From an uncultured Candidatus Saccharimonas sp. (lineage in GTDB: Bacteria > Patescibacteriota > Saccharimonadia > Saccharimonadales > Saccharimonadaceae): a stretch of 64,000 bases of DNA. Location: contig CAYOUQ010000001.1 in NCBI GenBank assembly GCA_964407205.1, positions 29,425 to 93,424 on the forward strand. The letters run 5' to 3'. The notes beneath the pieces were generated by a model. That model was not told the origin of the DNA, did not search any database, and saw only the letters and a list, made by a program, of their open reading frames with translations. The stretch's first letter is position 1. Every line of letters begins with the position of its first letter. Shown piece by piece: positions 44,820 to 53,402 of this stretch. The position numbers were made by a program, and so were the translations under genes.

Positions 44820-45281
44820 CTAGCAGATACTAGCAATTTCGTAGGTCACTTTGCCCTTCGGAGTTGAGATGGCAACGCTTTCGCCAACTAATTTACCCAA
44901 CAAGGCAACCCCAATTGGCGATTCGTCACTAATACGCCCCTCAATCGGATTTGCCTCAACTGGTCCAACCAGTGTGTATACAACCGTTTTTTTACCTTGT
45001 TTTAATTCGACTTTACTACCCAAGACAACTTTTGACTTTGCACTTGCCTTAATAATTTCGGCATTATGTAGTATGTCCTCAATTTCGGCAATTCGAGTCT
45101 CAACCAAGCCCTGTTCTTCACGGGCGGCATCATATTCGGCATTTTCACTTAAATCACCAAAATCACGTGCATCAGCGATTTTCTCTGCAACCTCACCACG
45201 TCGAGCTTTTAATTCTTTTAATTCTTTTTCAAGCTCTCGCCTACCTTCGGCTGTAATCTTGTATCCTTTTTTCATAATCAT
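44820..45281 (-). CDS. greA: Transcription elongation factor GreA
   Basis: ARDFGDLSENAEYDAAREEQ coiled-coil tip motif. About 150 aa. Confidence 0.92.
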   Translation of the reverse strand: MIMKKGYKITAEGRRELEKELKELKARRGEVAEKIADARDFGDLSENAEYDAAREEQGLVETRIAEIEDILHNAEIIKASAKSKVVLGSKVELKQGKKTVVYTLVGPVEANPIEGRISDESPIGVALLGKLVGESVAISTPKGKVTYEIASIC

Positions 45282-45372
45282 CTTCTCCTATCTTATCATC
45301 TGTTATAAAAAAGTGCCTTACAGCACCAAATTCAACATATTGTAGAATATTTGTTAATAAAATATCTACGGT

Positions 45373-46629
45373 TCAACCTAGTTTATCAACCAGTTGGTCA
45401 TGTGTCAATATCAATTTTTCGCCAGTTTTTCTGACGACAATTTCAAACGTATCATCAGCTAATAATCTGTCACTTACGGTAACACGATATGGTATACCCA
45501 TTAGCTCACTATCGGCAAACTTCTCACCCGGCCTTGCATCGCGATCATCTAATAATACCTGTATGTCCATGCCAGTTAGCTCATCATATAATTTCTGAGG
45601 TGTTTGAATAGCCTCTTCGCTGCCAATACCCACCAAGAATACTTTTGCTGGCGCAATTGATTCTGGCCAAACTATTCCCTTTTCGTCAGCAAATTTTTCG
45701 ACTAGCACACCCATGACCCTGGATATTCCTATCCCATATGATCCTAAATAAACAAATTGTTTATTATCCTGGCTATCAACAAAAGAAAAATTCATCTTTT
45801 CACTTTTATCGACTCCAAAACAGAAAATATTTCCAACTTCAGCACTTTTTACCTTCTCAAGCTCCTGTCGTGAAATACCCAGATTTTTCAAATTATCGTC
45901 GGTCATGACCTCTTCATTAATGGCGATACCTTTTTCGCGATTTATGTATATCGTATCTTCACCAGCATCACAAATTGTCTGAAATTCATGACTAAATTTA
46001 GTGAATGACCCACCAGGAGCAAAAGTTACAAACGTATCATCACCAATACCCAAACGATTAAATACACGGTTGTAGGCCTGTATAGCTTGGTCGTAAAATT
46101 CATCATGGCGTTCTTTATCAACACAACATGAATACATATCTTTCATCAAAAATTCACGACCACGGATTATCCCGCTTTTTGAACGTAGCTCATTCCGAAA
46201 TTTTGTCTGGAATTGATACACGTAAATTGGTAAATCTTTATAGCTGTTAACGTATTGCTTTAGCATGTCGATAATCGCTTCTTCGTGTGACCAGGCCAGA
46301 CCAATTTCAGTTTCATCTTTCAGTTTCGTTTTGAACCAAATATCAACCGCTTCGTCATCCCAACGGCCCGTGCTATCCCAAACATCTTTTTTTTGAAGCG
46401 CTGTCATAATTAGCTCTTGACCACCAATGGAATTCATTTCTTCTCGAACAATTTGTTTAATATTATCAATAACCCTTAACCCAAGAGGCGTATATGCATA
46501 TACGCCTGCCATGACCTTATAAACAAAACCTGCCCTAATTAACAATTGAGCATTTTTTGCAACCTCATCAGCTGGGGCGGTTTTACTTGTTTTCGTAAAC
46601 AATTGTGATAATCTCATATTACTTAACAA
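45373..46629 (-). CDS. proS: Proline--tRNA ligase, short form lacking the INS editing domain
   Basis: MRLSQLF...AGVYAYTPLGLRV N-terminus and class II motifs (FRNELRSKSGIIRGREFLMKD). Only about 414 aa. The likely start is the Met at about 46617. Confidence 0.88.
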   Translation of the reverse strand: MLSNMRLSQLFTKTSKTAPADEVAKNAQLLIRAGFVYKVMAGVYAYTPLGLRVIDNIKQIVREEMNSIGGQELIMTALQKKDVWDSTGRWDDEAVDIWFKTKLKDETEIGLAWSHEEAIIDMLKQYVNSYKDLPIYVYQFQTKFRNELRSKSGIIRGREFLMKDMYSCCVDKERHDEFYDQAIQAYNRVFNRLGIGDDTFVTFAPGGSFTKFSHEFQTICDAGEDTIYINREKGIAINEEVMTDDNLKNLGISRQELEKVKSAEVGNIFCFGVDKSEKMNFSFVDSQDNKQFVYLGSYGIGISRVMGVLVEKFADEKGIVWPESIAPAKVFLVGIGSEEAIQTPQKLYDELTGMDIQVLLDDRDARPGEKFADSELMGIPYRVTVSDRLLADDTFEIVVRKTGEKLILTHDQLVDKLG

Positions 46630-47359
46630 GTGTATCGAAAATTGATGGATTAATAAAGAGTATGTAAAATGCCAAGCTGTTTTTTAGCATATGAAGTAAT
46701 ATCGACGGCCAGATACTACCAGTCGTTATCCTTAATAGGCATAAGATAACTCCCAATGCAAAAGTATCAATTGCGATATTCCAAGCCCCATGTAACGCCC
46801 CAAATACGGCACTCGAAATTAATATTGCGACCCAAACCGGGATATGCTTTTTTAATTTTCCAAACATAAATCCACGAAATAGAATCTCTTCGGCAAAAGG
46901 AGCAACCACTACTAGCGTTGCAAATGCCAACAGGTATTCATAACGGTGGTTTAACTGCCTAAACCCAACATCTTGCGCCTCGGAAATATTAAAGCCAGGT
47001 ATTAATTTGGCGGCGACCAACATTAATATTGCAGACAATATAAAATATACAATAAACCCTGCAGGCGTAATTAGTATTTCGGTCCAGGTCGGCAATCTGT
47101 TCAACCCAATCTCTTGCAATGAAGTACGTCGACGTCGAATCAGCCATGGAAGCCCAATAACGATAGCCAATGCACCAACGTATATTATTGCTGCCAAAGA
47201 TGACTCCAAGACTGCTGAATTAATTGATAATATCTCTATTGAAAGCTTATCCATTATCCACAGAATACCCTTAACGATAGCTAGTGATATAAAAAACCCT
47301 GCCACAACCCATGCCGGCAATATTAACGAATATATTAATTTAGAATATTTTCTTAACAT
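46619..47359 (-). CDS. CPBP (CAAX-like) intramembrane glutamic protease family protein
   Basis: Polytopic protein with the EEILFRG and FGALH motifs. Confidence 0.8.
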   Translation of the reverse strand: MLRKYSKLIYSLILPAWVVAGFFISLAIVKGILWIMDKLSIEILSINSAVLESSLAAIIYVGALAIVIGLPWLIRRRRTSLQEIGLNRLPTWTEILITPAGFIVYFILSAILMLVAAKLIPGFNISEAQDVGFRQLNHRYEYLLAFATLVVVAPFAEEILFRGFMFGKLKKHIPVWVAILISSAVFGALHGAWNIAIDTFALGVILCLLRITTGSIWPSILLHMLKNSLAFYILFINPSIFDTLVK

Positions 47360-48491
47360 CTAGTACTGTCACCAATATTGCTAATGTTATCATAATCATA
47401 AAACCGACTGTTTGAATTTTTTCTTCGCGTCTGATAGTTAATTTTTTTCTGAATAATTTAAATATCGCCATGGTTGACCATCTGCCACCATCTAATGTAG
47501 GTATTGGTAATAGGTTCATAACTGCCAGTGATATCGAAATTATTGCTGTCAGTAGCGCGATTTGGGTAAATCCAGCCTGTTCGGCTGCTGGGAAAATTGT
47601 CCCGACTATACCAACTGGGCCAGCTACACTATCACCAACTGACTTTAACTTTTGTGATGCAGAGTCCCGGACGGCAATATTTGGGCTAAATTTTTGCGCC
47701 ACACCACCTACCAAATCGCCAATTAATTGAAATACGCCTTTTGCAGTTTCCCATGTAAACTGTGCCGTAGTCACAACACCAACCACAGGAGCTGACCAGG
47801 TTGATCGAATATATTCTCGCTGTTGCATGCCAATCCCCAAATATCCTTTTTCGATGTCAGACCCCAGGGTTACCTTTGATTCCTTATCTACGCCGCCCCT
47901 GGTATAGCCAATAACTACAGTCTGGCTTTTTTTACTATCAATTAACTTATCTAATTGCTCATCAGTTTTGATTTTTATTGCAGCAAAACTAGTGACATGA
48001 TCGCCTGGTTTCAAGCCAGCCTTCTGCGCAGCCGATTCTTTAACAACCGATACTACCTGTACGGGCTTACGAACGACAGTTGAATCACTAGCAACATTAA
48101 ATTGGTTATCTACGACCTTTGGTAAGCCAAATAATGATATTGCTGTAATCACAACAACAGCGAATAATGTATTGGCAATTACACCAGCAAATAATATTCT
48201 TGTTTTTGACCAAAAACTGGCAGCTCCATAATCACCTTTTTTATCAGCTTCATCATATTCACCCTGTAGTTTAACAAAACCGCCAAACAGCAGCCAGTTA
48301 AATGACAAGATAATGCCACTTTTTAGTTTTTTCTTCCATATTGCTGGTGGCATGCCAATCCCAAACTCTTCAACCACGACTCCACAACGACGCGCTTGCC
48401 ATGCGTGACCTAATTCGTGCAGCACCACTAATAAAGCCAAAGCTATTAACCCAGCTATAACCCCCCAAACTGCTGCCATTCTATCCCCCAA
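47340..48491 (-). CDS. rseP: RIP site-2 metalloprotease RseP (M50) with PDZ domain
   Basis: HELGH zinc motif in TM1, a PDZ region, and a C-terminal NLLPIPTLDGG motif. Confidence 0.9.
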   Translation of the reverse strand: MGDRMAAVWGVIAGLIALALLVVLHELGHAWQARRCGVVVEEFGIGMPPAIWKKKLKSGIILSFNWLLFGGFVKLQGEYDEADKKGDYGAASFWSKTRILFAGVIANTLFAVVVITAISLFGLPKVVDNQFNVASDSTVVRKPVQVVSVVKESAAQKAGLKPGDHVTSFAAIKIKTDEQLDKLIDSKKSQTVVIGYTRGGVDKESKVTLGSDIEKGYLGIGMQQREYIRSTWSAPVVGVVTTAQFTWETAKGVFQLIGDLVGGVAQKFSPNIAVRDSASQKLKSVGDSVAGPVGIVGTIFPAAEQAGFTQIALLTAIISISLAVMNLLPIPTLDGGRWSTMAIFKLFRKKLTIRREEKIQTVGFMIMITLAILVTVLDVKKIF

Positions 48492-49173
48492 ACCTTCTAG
48501 TTCGTTTGCTGAATTCTGTAAAAATCGCGTCTAAGTCTTTTTTCTTCATGTCTGGCCAATATTTTTTAACAAATATTATTTCACTATAAGCCGATCTCCA
48601 TAGCATGAAATTAGACAGGCGCTGTTCACCGCTTGTTCTGACAATCAAATCAAGCGGCGGGATTTCTGGACAGTATAAATGATTACTAATGGTTTCAATA
48701 TTCACGTTTTCGGCTTTAATGCCGGCATTAATTATTTTTTTAACAGCATCAACAACCTCCAGCTGACCCCCGTAATTCCAACAGATAGCCAATGTCCCAC
48801 CAGTGTTATGAGCAGTCTTTGTTTCGGCGTCATCAATCGCTTTAATAATTTTTTCGTCGATATTTTCACGCGACCCTAAGACCTTCAGACGGACATTTTT
48901 CTTTTGCAAGACCGGCAAGTCGGTCGTCAAGACCTTTAGCATCATTGCCATTAATTTACTAACCTCGTCGTCATCACGTTTCCAATTCTCGGTACTAAAT
49001 GCATAAACCGATGCATATTCTACGCCCGCTTCCAGTGCCGCGGTTAATATATCCATGACGGCGTTATAGCCCGCTAAGTGGCCTTCATATGCAGGTAGGC
49101 TGTGCTCTTTCGCCCAGCGACGGTTACCATCAATAATAAATCCTATATGATTAGGTAAAGTTTTTTTAGTCAT
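48481..49173 (-). CDS. uppS: Undecaprenyl diphosphate synthase
   Basis: IIDGNRRWA and FSTENWKR motifs. Confidence 0.92.
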   Translation of the reverse strand: MTKKTLPNHIGFIIDGNRRWAKEHSLPAYEGHLAGYNAVMDILTAALEAGVEYASVYAFSTENWKRDDDEVSKLMAMMLKVLTTDLPVLQKKNVRLKVLGSRENIDEKIIKAIDDAETKTAHNTGGTLAICWNYGGQLEVVDAVKKIINAGIKAENVNIETISNHLYCPEIPPLDLIVRTSGEQRLSNFMLWRSAYSEIIFVKKYWPDMKKKDLDAIFTEFSKRTRRFGG

Positions 49174-49727
49174 TATATTGTTAATATTTCCTTTTCTTTG
49201 GCTCGAAACAATTCATCAACTTTTTGATTGGCCACAGTTACAGAGTCGTCAATTGCTTTTTCGATACGGATTTCGTCATCGGCCGACAATTCCTTGGCTT
49301 CCTTTTTTCGCTTGGCTTCTTTCATGGCTTCCTGACGAATATTTCGGATTGCAATTTTTGCCTCTTCAACTTTTTCGCCAGTCTGCTTGACCAACAATTT
49401 ACGTCGTTCCTCAGTCAATGGGGGGACGGGTATCCTAATAGTTCGACCATCATCACTTGGGTTAAAGTCTGAATTTGGATGGTTACGAATAGCAGTAATA
49501 ATAGCGTTTAGATTATTCGGGTCAAATGGCGTAATTTGTAGCAGCTGTGCTTCAGGTGCAGTAATATTTGAGACCTGATTAAGTGGCATCATCGTGCCAT
49601 AGACTTCAACCTTTACGCCCTCTAATTGGCCAGGATGAGCACGCCCAGTTCGGACTTTTTTTAAATCCTCTTCGTAATGGATTATTGCTAAATTAATCTT
49701 GTCTTCGTATGGTTTTGTATCAAACAT
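49173..49727 (-). CDS. frr: Ribosome recycling factor
   Basis: 184 aa with LKKVRTGRAHPGQLEGVKVEVYG and LTEERRKLLVKQ motifs. Confidence 0.93.
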   Translation of the reverse strand: MFDTKPYEDKINLAIIHYEEDLKKVRTGRAHPGQLEGVKVEVYGTMMPLNQVSNITAPEAQLLQITPFDPNNLNAIITAIRNHPNSDFNPSDDGRTIRIPVPPLTEERRKLLVKQTGEKVEEAKIAIRNIRQEAMKEAKRKKEAKELSADDEIRIEKAIDDSVTVANQKVDELFRAKEKEILTI

Positions 49728-49763
49728 AGTGAGTATATTATACCCTATATGTGATTAATTTCA

Positions 49764-51044
49764 CTACCTGGCGGCTCGAAAACCGACCTGAGACCCAGTT
49801 ATGCCATCATTTGGTCCACTGACTGGGACGATATTTGGTGCATTATATATATTTACTTCCAGCAGCCCCCTACCTGCCAATAAACGGACTGAGTGGCCCC
49901 TAATGACTGCCCTGACTGCATTATCTGTATTGTCGCTCCATAGTTGGCCTAAGCCCAAGGATGTTGCATTATCATTTGTAATATTACTAATCCCCATTGA
50001 ACCTGGGAAGATGCTCGGTGACATTGTTCCCGAAAAAGTTACCATATCCCAATCGCAGACTGAGCCAGGACAGCCAGGTTTACCACTTCCAACTTGAGCA
50101 TTTGTATATTCTGAGTAATTGCCCGATAAGTCCCAAATTATTTCTCCATTTTTCAGTTTATAGGTTCGTTTTTCGATATCATCATGACCCGCAGGCAAGC
50201 CATAATAATAATCTTCATCATTATTGCTTGCTGCGCCATCTCCATCAACAGCAAACAAACCATACCATCCTCTGTCAAGGCCATTATATAATTTTCCAGT
50301 ACCAACAGATTGGCCTGTCCAGTTGCTGCCTACAGAAGCTATATTTGCAGCCAATGTCATCCATTCCGCCTCTGTTATTAAATGACAGCCCGAGCAAGCA
50401 GCTGTCGAATAAGATATGGCCTGATTTTGGGTGATATTACCCCATGGGGATTGGCTTGCTTGGCTTACTGCTTTGCCACCGACATTTTTTGCCTCATACT
50501 TCATGACACAGAAACCCTTTTGACCATATTTTGCGCTTCCTGGCACTTTTATAAAACCACTCGGACAGGACTCTGGTTGTGAGATATCAATAACACCACC
50601 GCCGCCGACATCAATACCTGCGCAATAATCATAATCAATCTCTCCGCCATCATACCTGCATATCTCTACATTTGGTGTGCATGGGTTATCCCAATCGCCG
50701 CAAATTTCCTGATATTCATAATCAACCCAGAGGTAATCACCGTCTTCGTCTTCAGGTGGATCAAAACAAAAACCAGACGAATAGTCTCCGAACGAACAGT
50801 CCGTGTTATCAAAAAAATCTTCTTCACTTGGATATACACCATACTCTGCTTCATATGCACCAAGTTGGGTTGCCAACTGAGTCGCCTTAGACTCAACCGC
50901 AGCATGTGCTGCCCTTTGCCGAATTCCCGAATATACGATCACACTAATAGCAGCGAGTATGCCAATAATCACAATCACGACCAACAGCTCAACTATCGTA
51001 AAACCGCGTCTATTGTTTTTTTTATTTTTTGGCACAAATAACAT
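49764..51044 (-). CDS. Type IV pilin-like protein (prepilin N-terminal methylation motif) with a large Cys-rich C-terminal domain
   Basis: Class III signal RRGFTIVELLVVIVIIGILAAI, then about 390 aa rich in G/D/Y/C. The KGFCVMKYEAK...ITEAEWMTLA segment resembles lectin/FGE-like folds (by eye). Confidence 0.7.
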   Translation of the reverse strand: MLFVPKNKKNNRRGFTIVELLVVIVIIGILAAISVIVYSGIRQRAAHAAVESKATQLATQLGAYEAEYGVYPSEEDFFDNTDCSFGDYSSGFCFDPPEDEDGDYLWVDYEYQEICGDWDNPCTPNVEICRYDGGEIDYDYCAGIDVGGGGVIDISQPESCPSGFIKVPGSAKYGQKGFCVMKYEAKNVGGKAVSQASQSPWGNITQNQAISYSTAACSGCHLITEAEWMTLAANIASVGSNWTGQSVGTGKLYNGLDRGWYGLFAVDGDGAASNNDEDYYYGLPAGHDDIEKRTYKLKNGEIIWDLSGNYSEYTNAQVGSGKPGCPGSVCDWDMVTFSGTMSPSIFPGSMGISNITNDNATSLGLGQLWSDNTDNAVRAVIRGHSVRLLAGRGLLEVNIYNAPNIVPVSGPNDGITGSQVGFRAAR

Positions 51045-51088
51045 AACTATATTATAAGTCCGTATATGGTAATAATCAAATTACAAAA

Positions 51089-51685
51089 CTATTCGCTAAC
51101 GCCCAGTTCAATGCGCTTGAATTGTCGGACAATCAAATTCTCGCCAGTTTTGGCAATATTCTCTTTAACAAAATCAGATACGGTCTGCTTGTCATTCATG
51201 ATATATTGCTGATTTAACAAAACATTTTCAGTAAAGTATTTTTTTAATTGGCCTTCTGCAATTTTATCCAACATAGCAGCCGGCTTGCCCTCAGATTTAG
51301 CACGTTCTTTGGCCTCTTTGCGCAGCCTATCCAATTCATCAGCCGGTACATCAGACTCGCTGACATAGCGCGGAGCCATTGAGGCAATTTGTAATGCAAT
51401 TTCGTGAACAAATTTTTTGAAATTATCAGTTCTAGCCACAAAGTCAGTTTCACAGTTGACTTCAACAATAACACCGATTCGATTACCATGAACATAACTG
51501 TCAATAATACCCTGCCTAGCTTCGCGATCACCTTTTTTTTCGGCCTTTGTAATGCCTTTTTTTCGAAGCACTTCCAAAGCTTTGTCAAAATCACCATTAG
51601 CCTCGACTAATGCAGCTTTGGCATCGGTCAGACCAATACCAGATAATTCCTTCAATTTTCTAATATCTTCGATTGAGACGCCCAT
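51089..51685 (-). CDS. tsf: Translation elongation factor Ts (short form)
   Basis: N-terminal UBA-like IRKLKELSGIGLTDAKAALVEANGD and the core ETDFVARTD. Confidence 0.92.
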   Translation of the reverse strand: MGVSIEDIRKLKELSGIGLTDAKAALVEANGDFDKALEVLRKKGITKAEKKGDREARQGIIDSYVHGNRIGVIVEVNCETDFVARTDNFKKFVHEIALQIASMAPRYVSESDVPADELDRLRKEAKERAKSEGKPAAMLDKIAEGQLKKYFTENVLLNQQYIMNDKQTVSDFVKENIAKTGENLIVRQFKRIELGVSE

Positions 51686-51688
51686 TTT

Positions 51689-52537
51689 TTACTCCTCTTC
51701 CTCTGCTTTTTCAGCTTTGGCCTTTTTAACTACTTTTGCTTTTTCTTCCTTTTCAACGATTGCTTCCTCGATAGTTTCGGCATCGACTGCTTTTGGTGTT
51801 TTGGCCGTCTCGACTACTTCAGTTTTTACCTCTGGGTTTATTGGCTTGGCTGTTCCGCTACCTTCTTTGATAGCCGAGGTAACATAACCGATAATAAGTT
51901 GAATGCCTTTAATTGCATCATCGTTGCCAGGGATCACGTAGTCAATTAAACTTGGATCTGCGTTTGTATCAACCACGGCCACAACTGGGATATCAAGCGC
52001 TTTGGCTTCCTTAATTGCGTTCAAATCACCGACCGCGTCGATAACAAAGACCGCGCCCGGTTTGCCATTCATATCTTTAATACCAGCATATTTAAAGTTA
52101 AGATCATCAATCTCCTCTTGGAATCTTTGAACTTCTAATTTTGTAAAGCGCTTCTCTAAATCGCCTGACTCCATTCGTTTTTCCAGGTCTTTTAGTTTTT
52201 TAATTTGTTGTCCAATCGTGGCTACATTCGTCAAAATACCACCTATCCAACGTTCAGTGACGTATGGCTGATTGATTGCGATAGCGGCCTCTTTAACAAT
52301 TTCTTTTGTGTGCTTTTTGGTACCAACAAACAAAATTTGCTTGCCACTGGCAGCGACTCGCGTCAAAAACGGCAAAGCCTGTTCCAGACCTTCCACTGTT
52401 TTTTCCAGGTTAATAATATGGCTATCCAGACGTTTGCTATGAATATATGGCGCCATTTTTGGGTGCCACCTACTAGTTTTGTGGCCAAAATGAACACCCG
52501 CCTCAAATAAATCTTTGATATCGACATTTGCTGTCAT
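51689..52537 (-). CDS. rpsB: 30S ribosomal protein S2 with acidic/lysine-rich C-terminal extension
   Basis: LFEAGVHFGHKTSRWHPKM N-terminus. rpsB-tsf linkage. Confidence 0.95.
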   Translation of the reverse strand: MTANVDIKDLFEAGVHFGHKTSRWHPKMAPYIHSKRLDSHIINLEKTVEGLEQALPFLTRVAASGKQILFVGTKKHTKEIVKEAAIAINQPYVTERWIGGILTNVATIGQQIKKLKDLEKRMESGDLEKRFTKLEVQRFQEEIDDLNFKYAGIKDMNGKPGAVFVIDAVGDLNAIKEAKALDIPVVAVVDTNADPSLIDYVIPGNDDAIKGIQLIIGYVTSAIKEGSGTAKPINPEVKTEVVETAKTPKAVDAETIEEAIVEKEEKAKVVKKAKAEKAEEEE

Positions 52538-52545
52538 ATTGATTG

Positions 52546-52598
52546 AACTCCTTTTCCTTCATTTGCATACCCGAAAATTCAGGAGTTTTTATGCAAAT
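52546..52598 (-). promoter_or_regulatory. rpsB 5' leader hairpin whose loop is complementary to the SD (candidate S2 autoregulatory element)
   Basis: 8-bp stem (52561-52568 with 52591-52598). The loop carries AACUCCU on the mRNA strand, complementary to AGGAGUU at the SD (52545-52551). Confidence 0.45.
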
Positions 52599-52658
52599 TG
52601 CTTTAATAAATTATTTTACTTTTATATTATAACCCTACTGGCGCATTTATGCAAGGTG

Positions 52659-53399
52659 TTAATCCTCGATAATATAGTTAATTATATAGCTCTTTGGGTC
52701 AATATTCTTTGATGCTATCCAGTTAATAATCTCGTCTTTGTATTTTGAAATAGAAGCCCCTCTGTTACCGCCCATCGTATCGGAATTGAATAGGTATATC
52801 TTGGCGTTCAGCATACCCTTTCCACTTGCCGTGCTAGTATACGTAACAATATAGTGGTCTGTTGAATAAGGCAAAAAGCCAATTATTGGGTCAATATTCT
52901 TCTCCGCAACCAGGAACGGATCCGTGCAAACAAAGTCTTTATATACCTTCTTGCTCTCATCTTCTATGCACCTTGTCAAAGCAGTATAACCAGAAAGATA
53001 CGGATTATTTTTTTGACCAGACCACTTGTATGACATCTCATATGACTGTTTCAGGCTAGCAATGTCGACAATAAAGGATCCTGAGTGTAGATTTTTGGAG
53101 GTATCAAAATTTGCGATACTAGAATTCTCCCTAATATTCGCATCGTTCACTTTAATTTTTGATCCTTCTGGCAGATTCATTTCTACAACAAAATACAAAC
53201 TACTATTCAATGCCCTCTGCCTGTCTTTGGGTAAGTCTGTTATATTTTTTTCATAGCCATTAATGCTGATCGAGTCACCGTATGGATTACTTTTAATACT
53301 AGTGTATGCAACTATCCCAACAACCAAAATTATTAATATACAAAGCCCGATGGCAATTTGCTTCTTTTTTTGACTTATTAATGTTTCGTCCGACATCAT
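52659..53399 (-). CDS. Membrane-anchored hypothetical protein
   Basis: 246 aa with one N-terminal TM helix. It lies 3 nt downstream of the large hydrolase gene. Confidence 0.5.
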   Translation of the reverse strand: MMSDETLISQKKKQIAIGLCILIILVVGIVAYTSIKSNPYGDSISINGYEKNITDLPKDRQRALNSSLYFVVEMNLPEGSKIKVNDANIRENSSIANFDTSKNLHSGSFIVDIASLKQSYEMSYKWSGQKNNPYLSGYTALTRCIEDESKKVYKDFVCTDPFLVAEKNIDPIIGFLPYSTDHYIVTYTSTASGKGMLNAKIYLFNSDTMGGNRGASISKYKDEIINWIASKNIDPKSYIINYIIED

Positions 53400-53402
53400 A
53401 TC

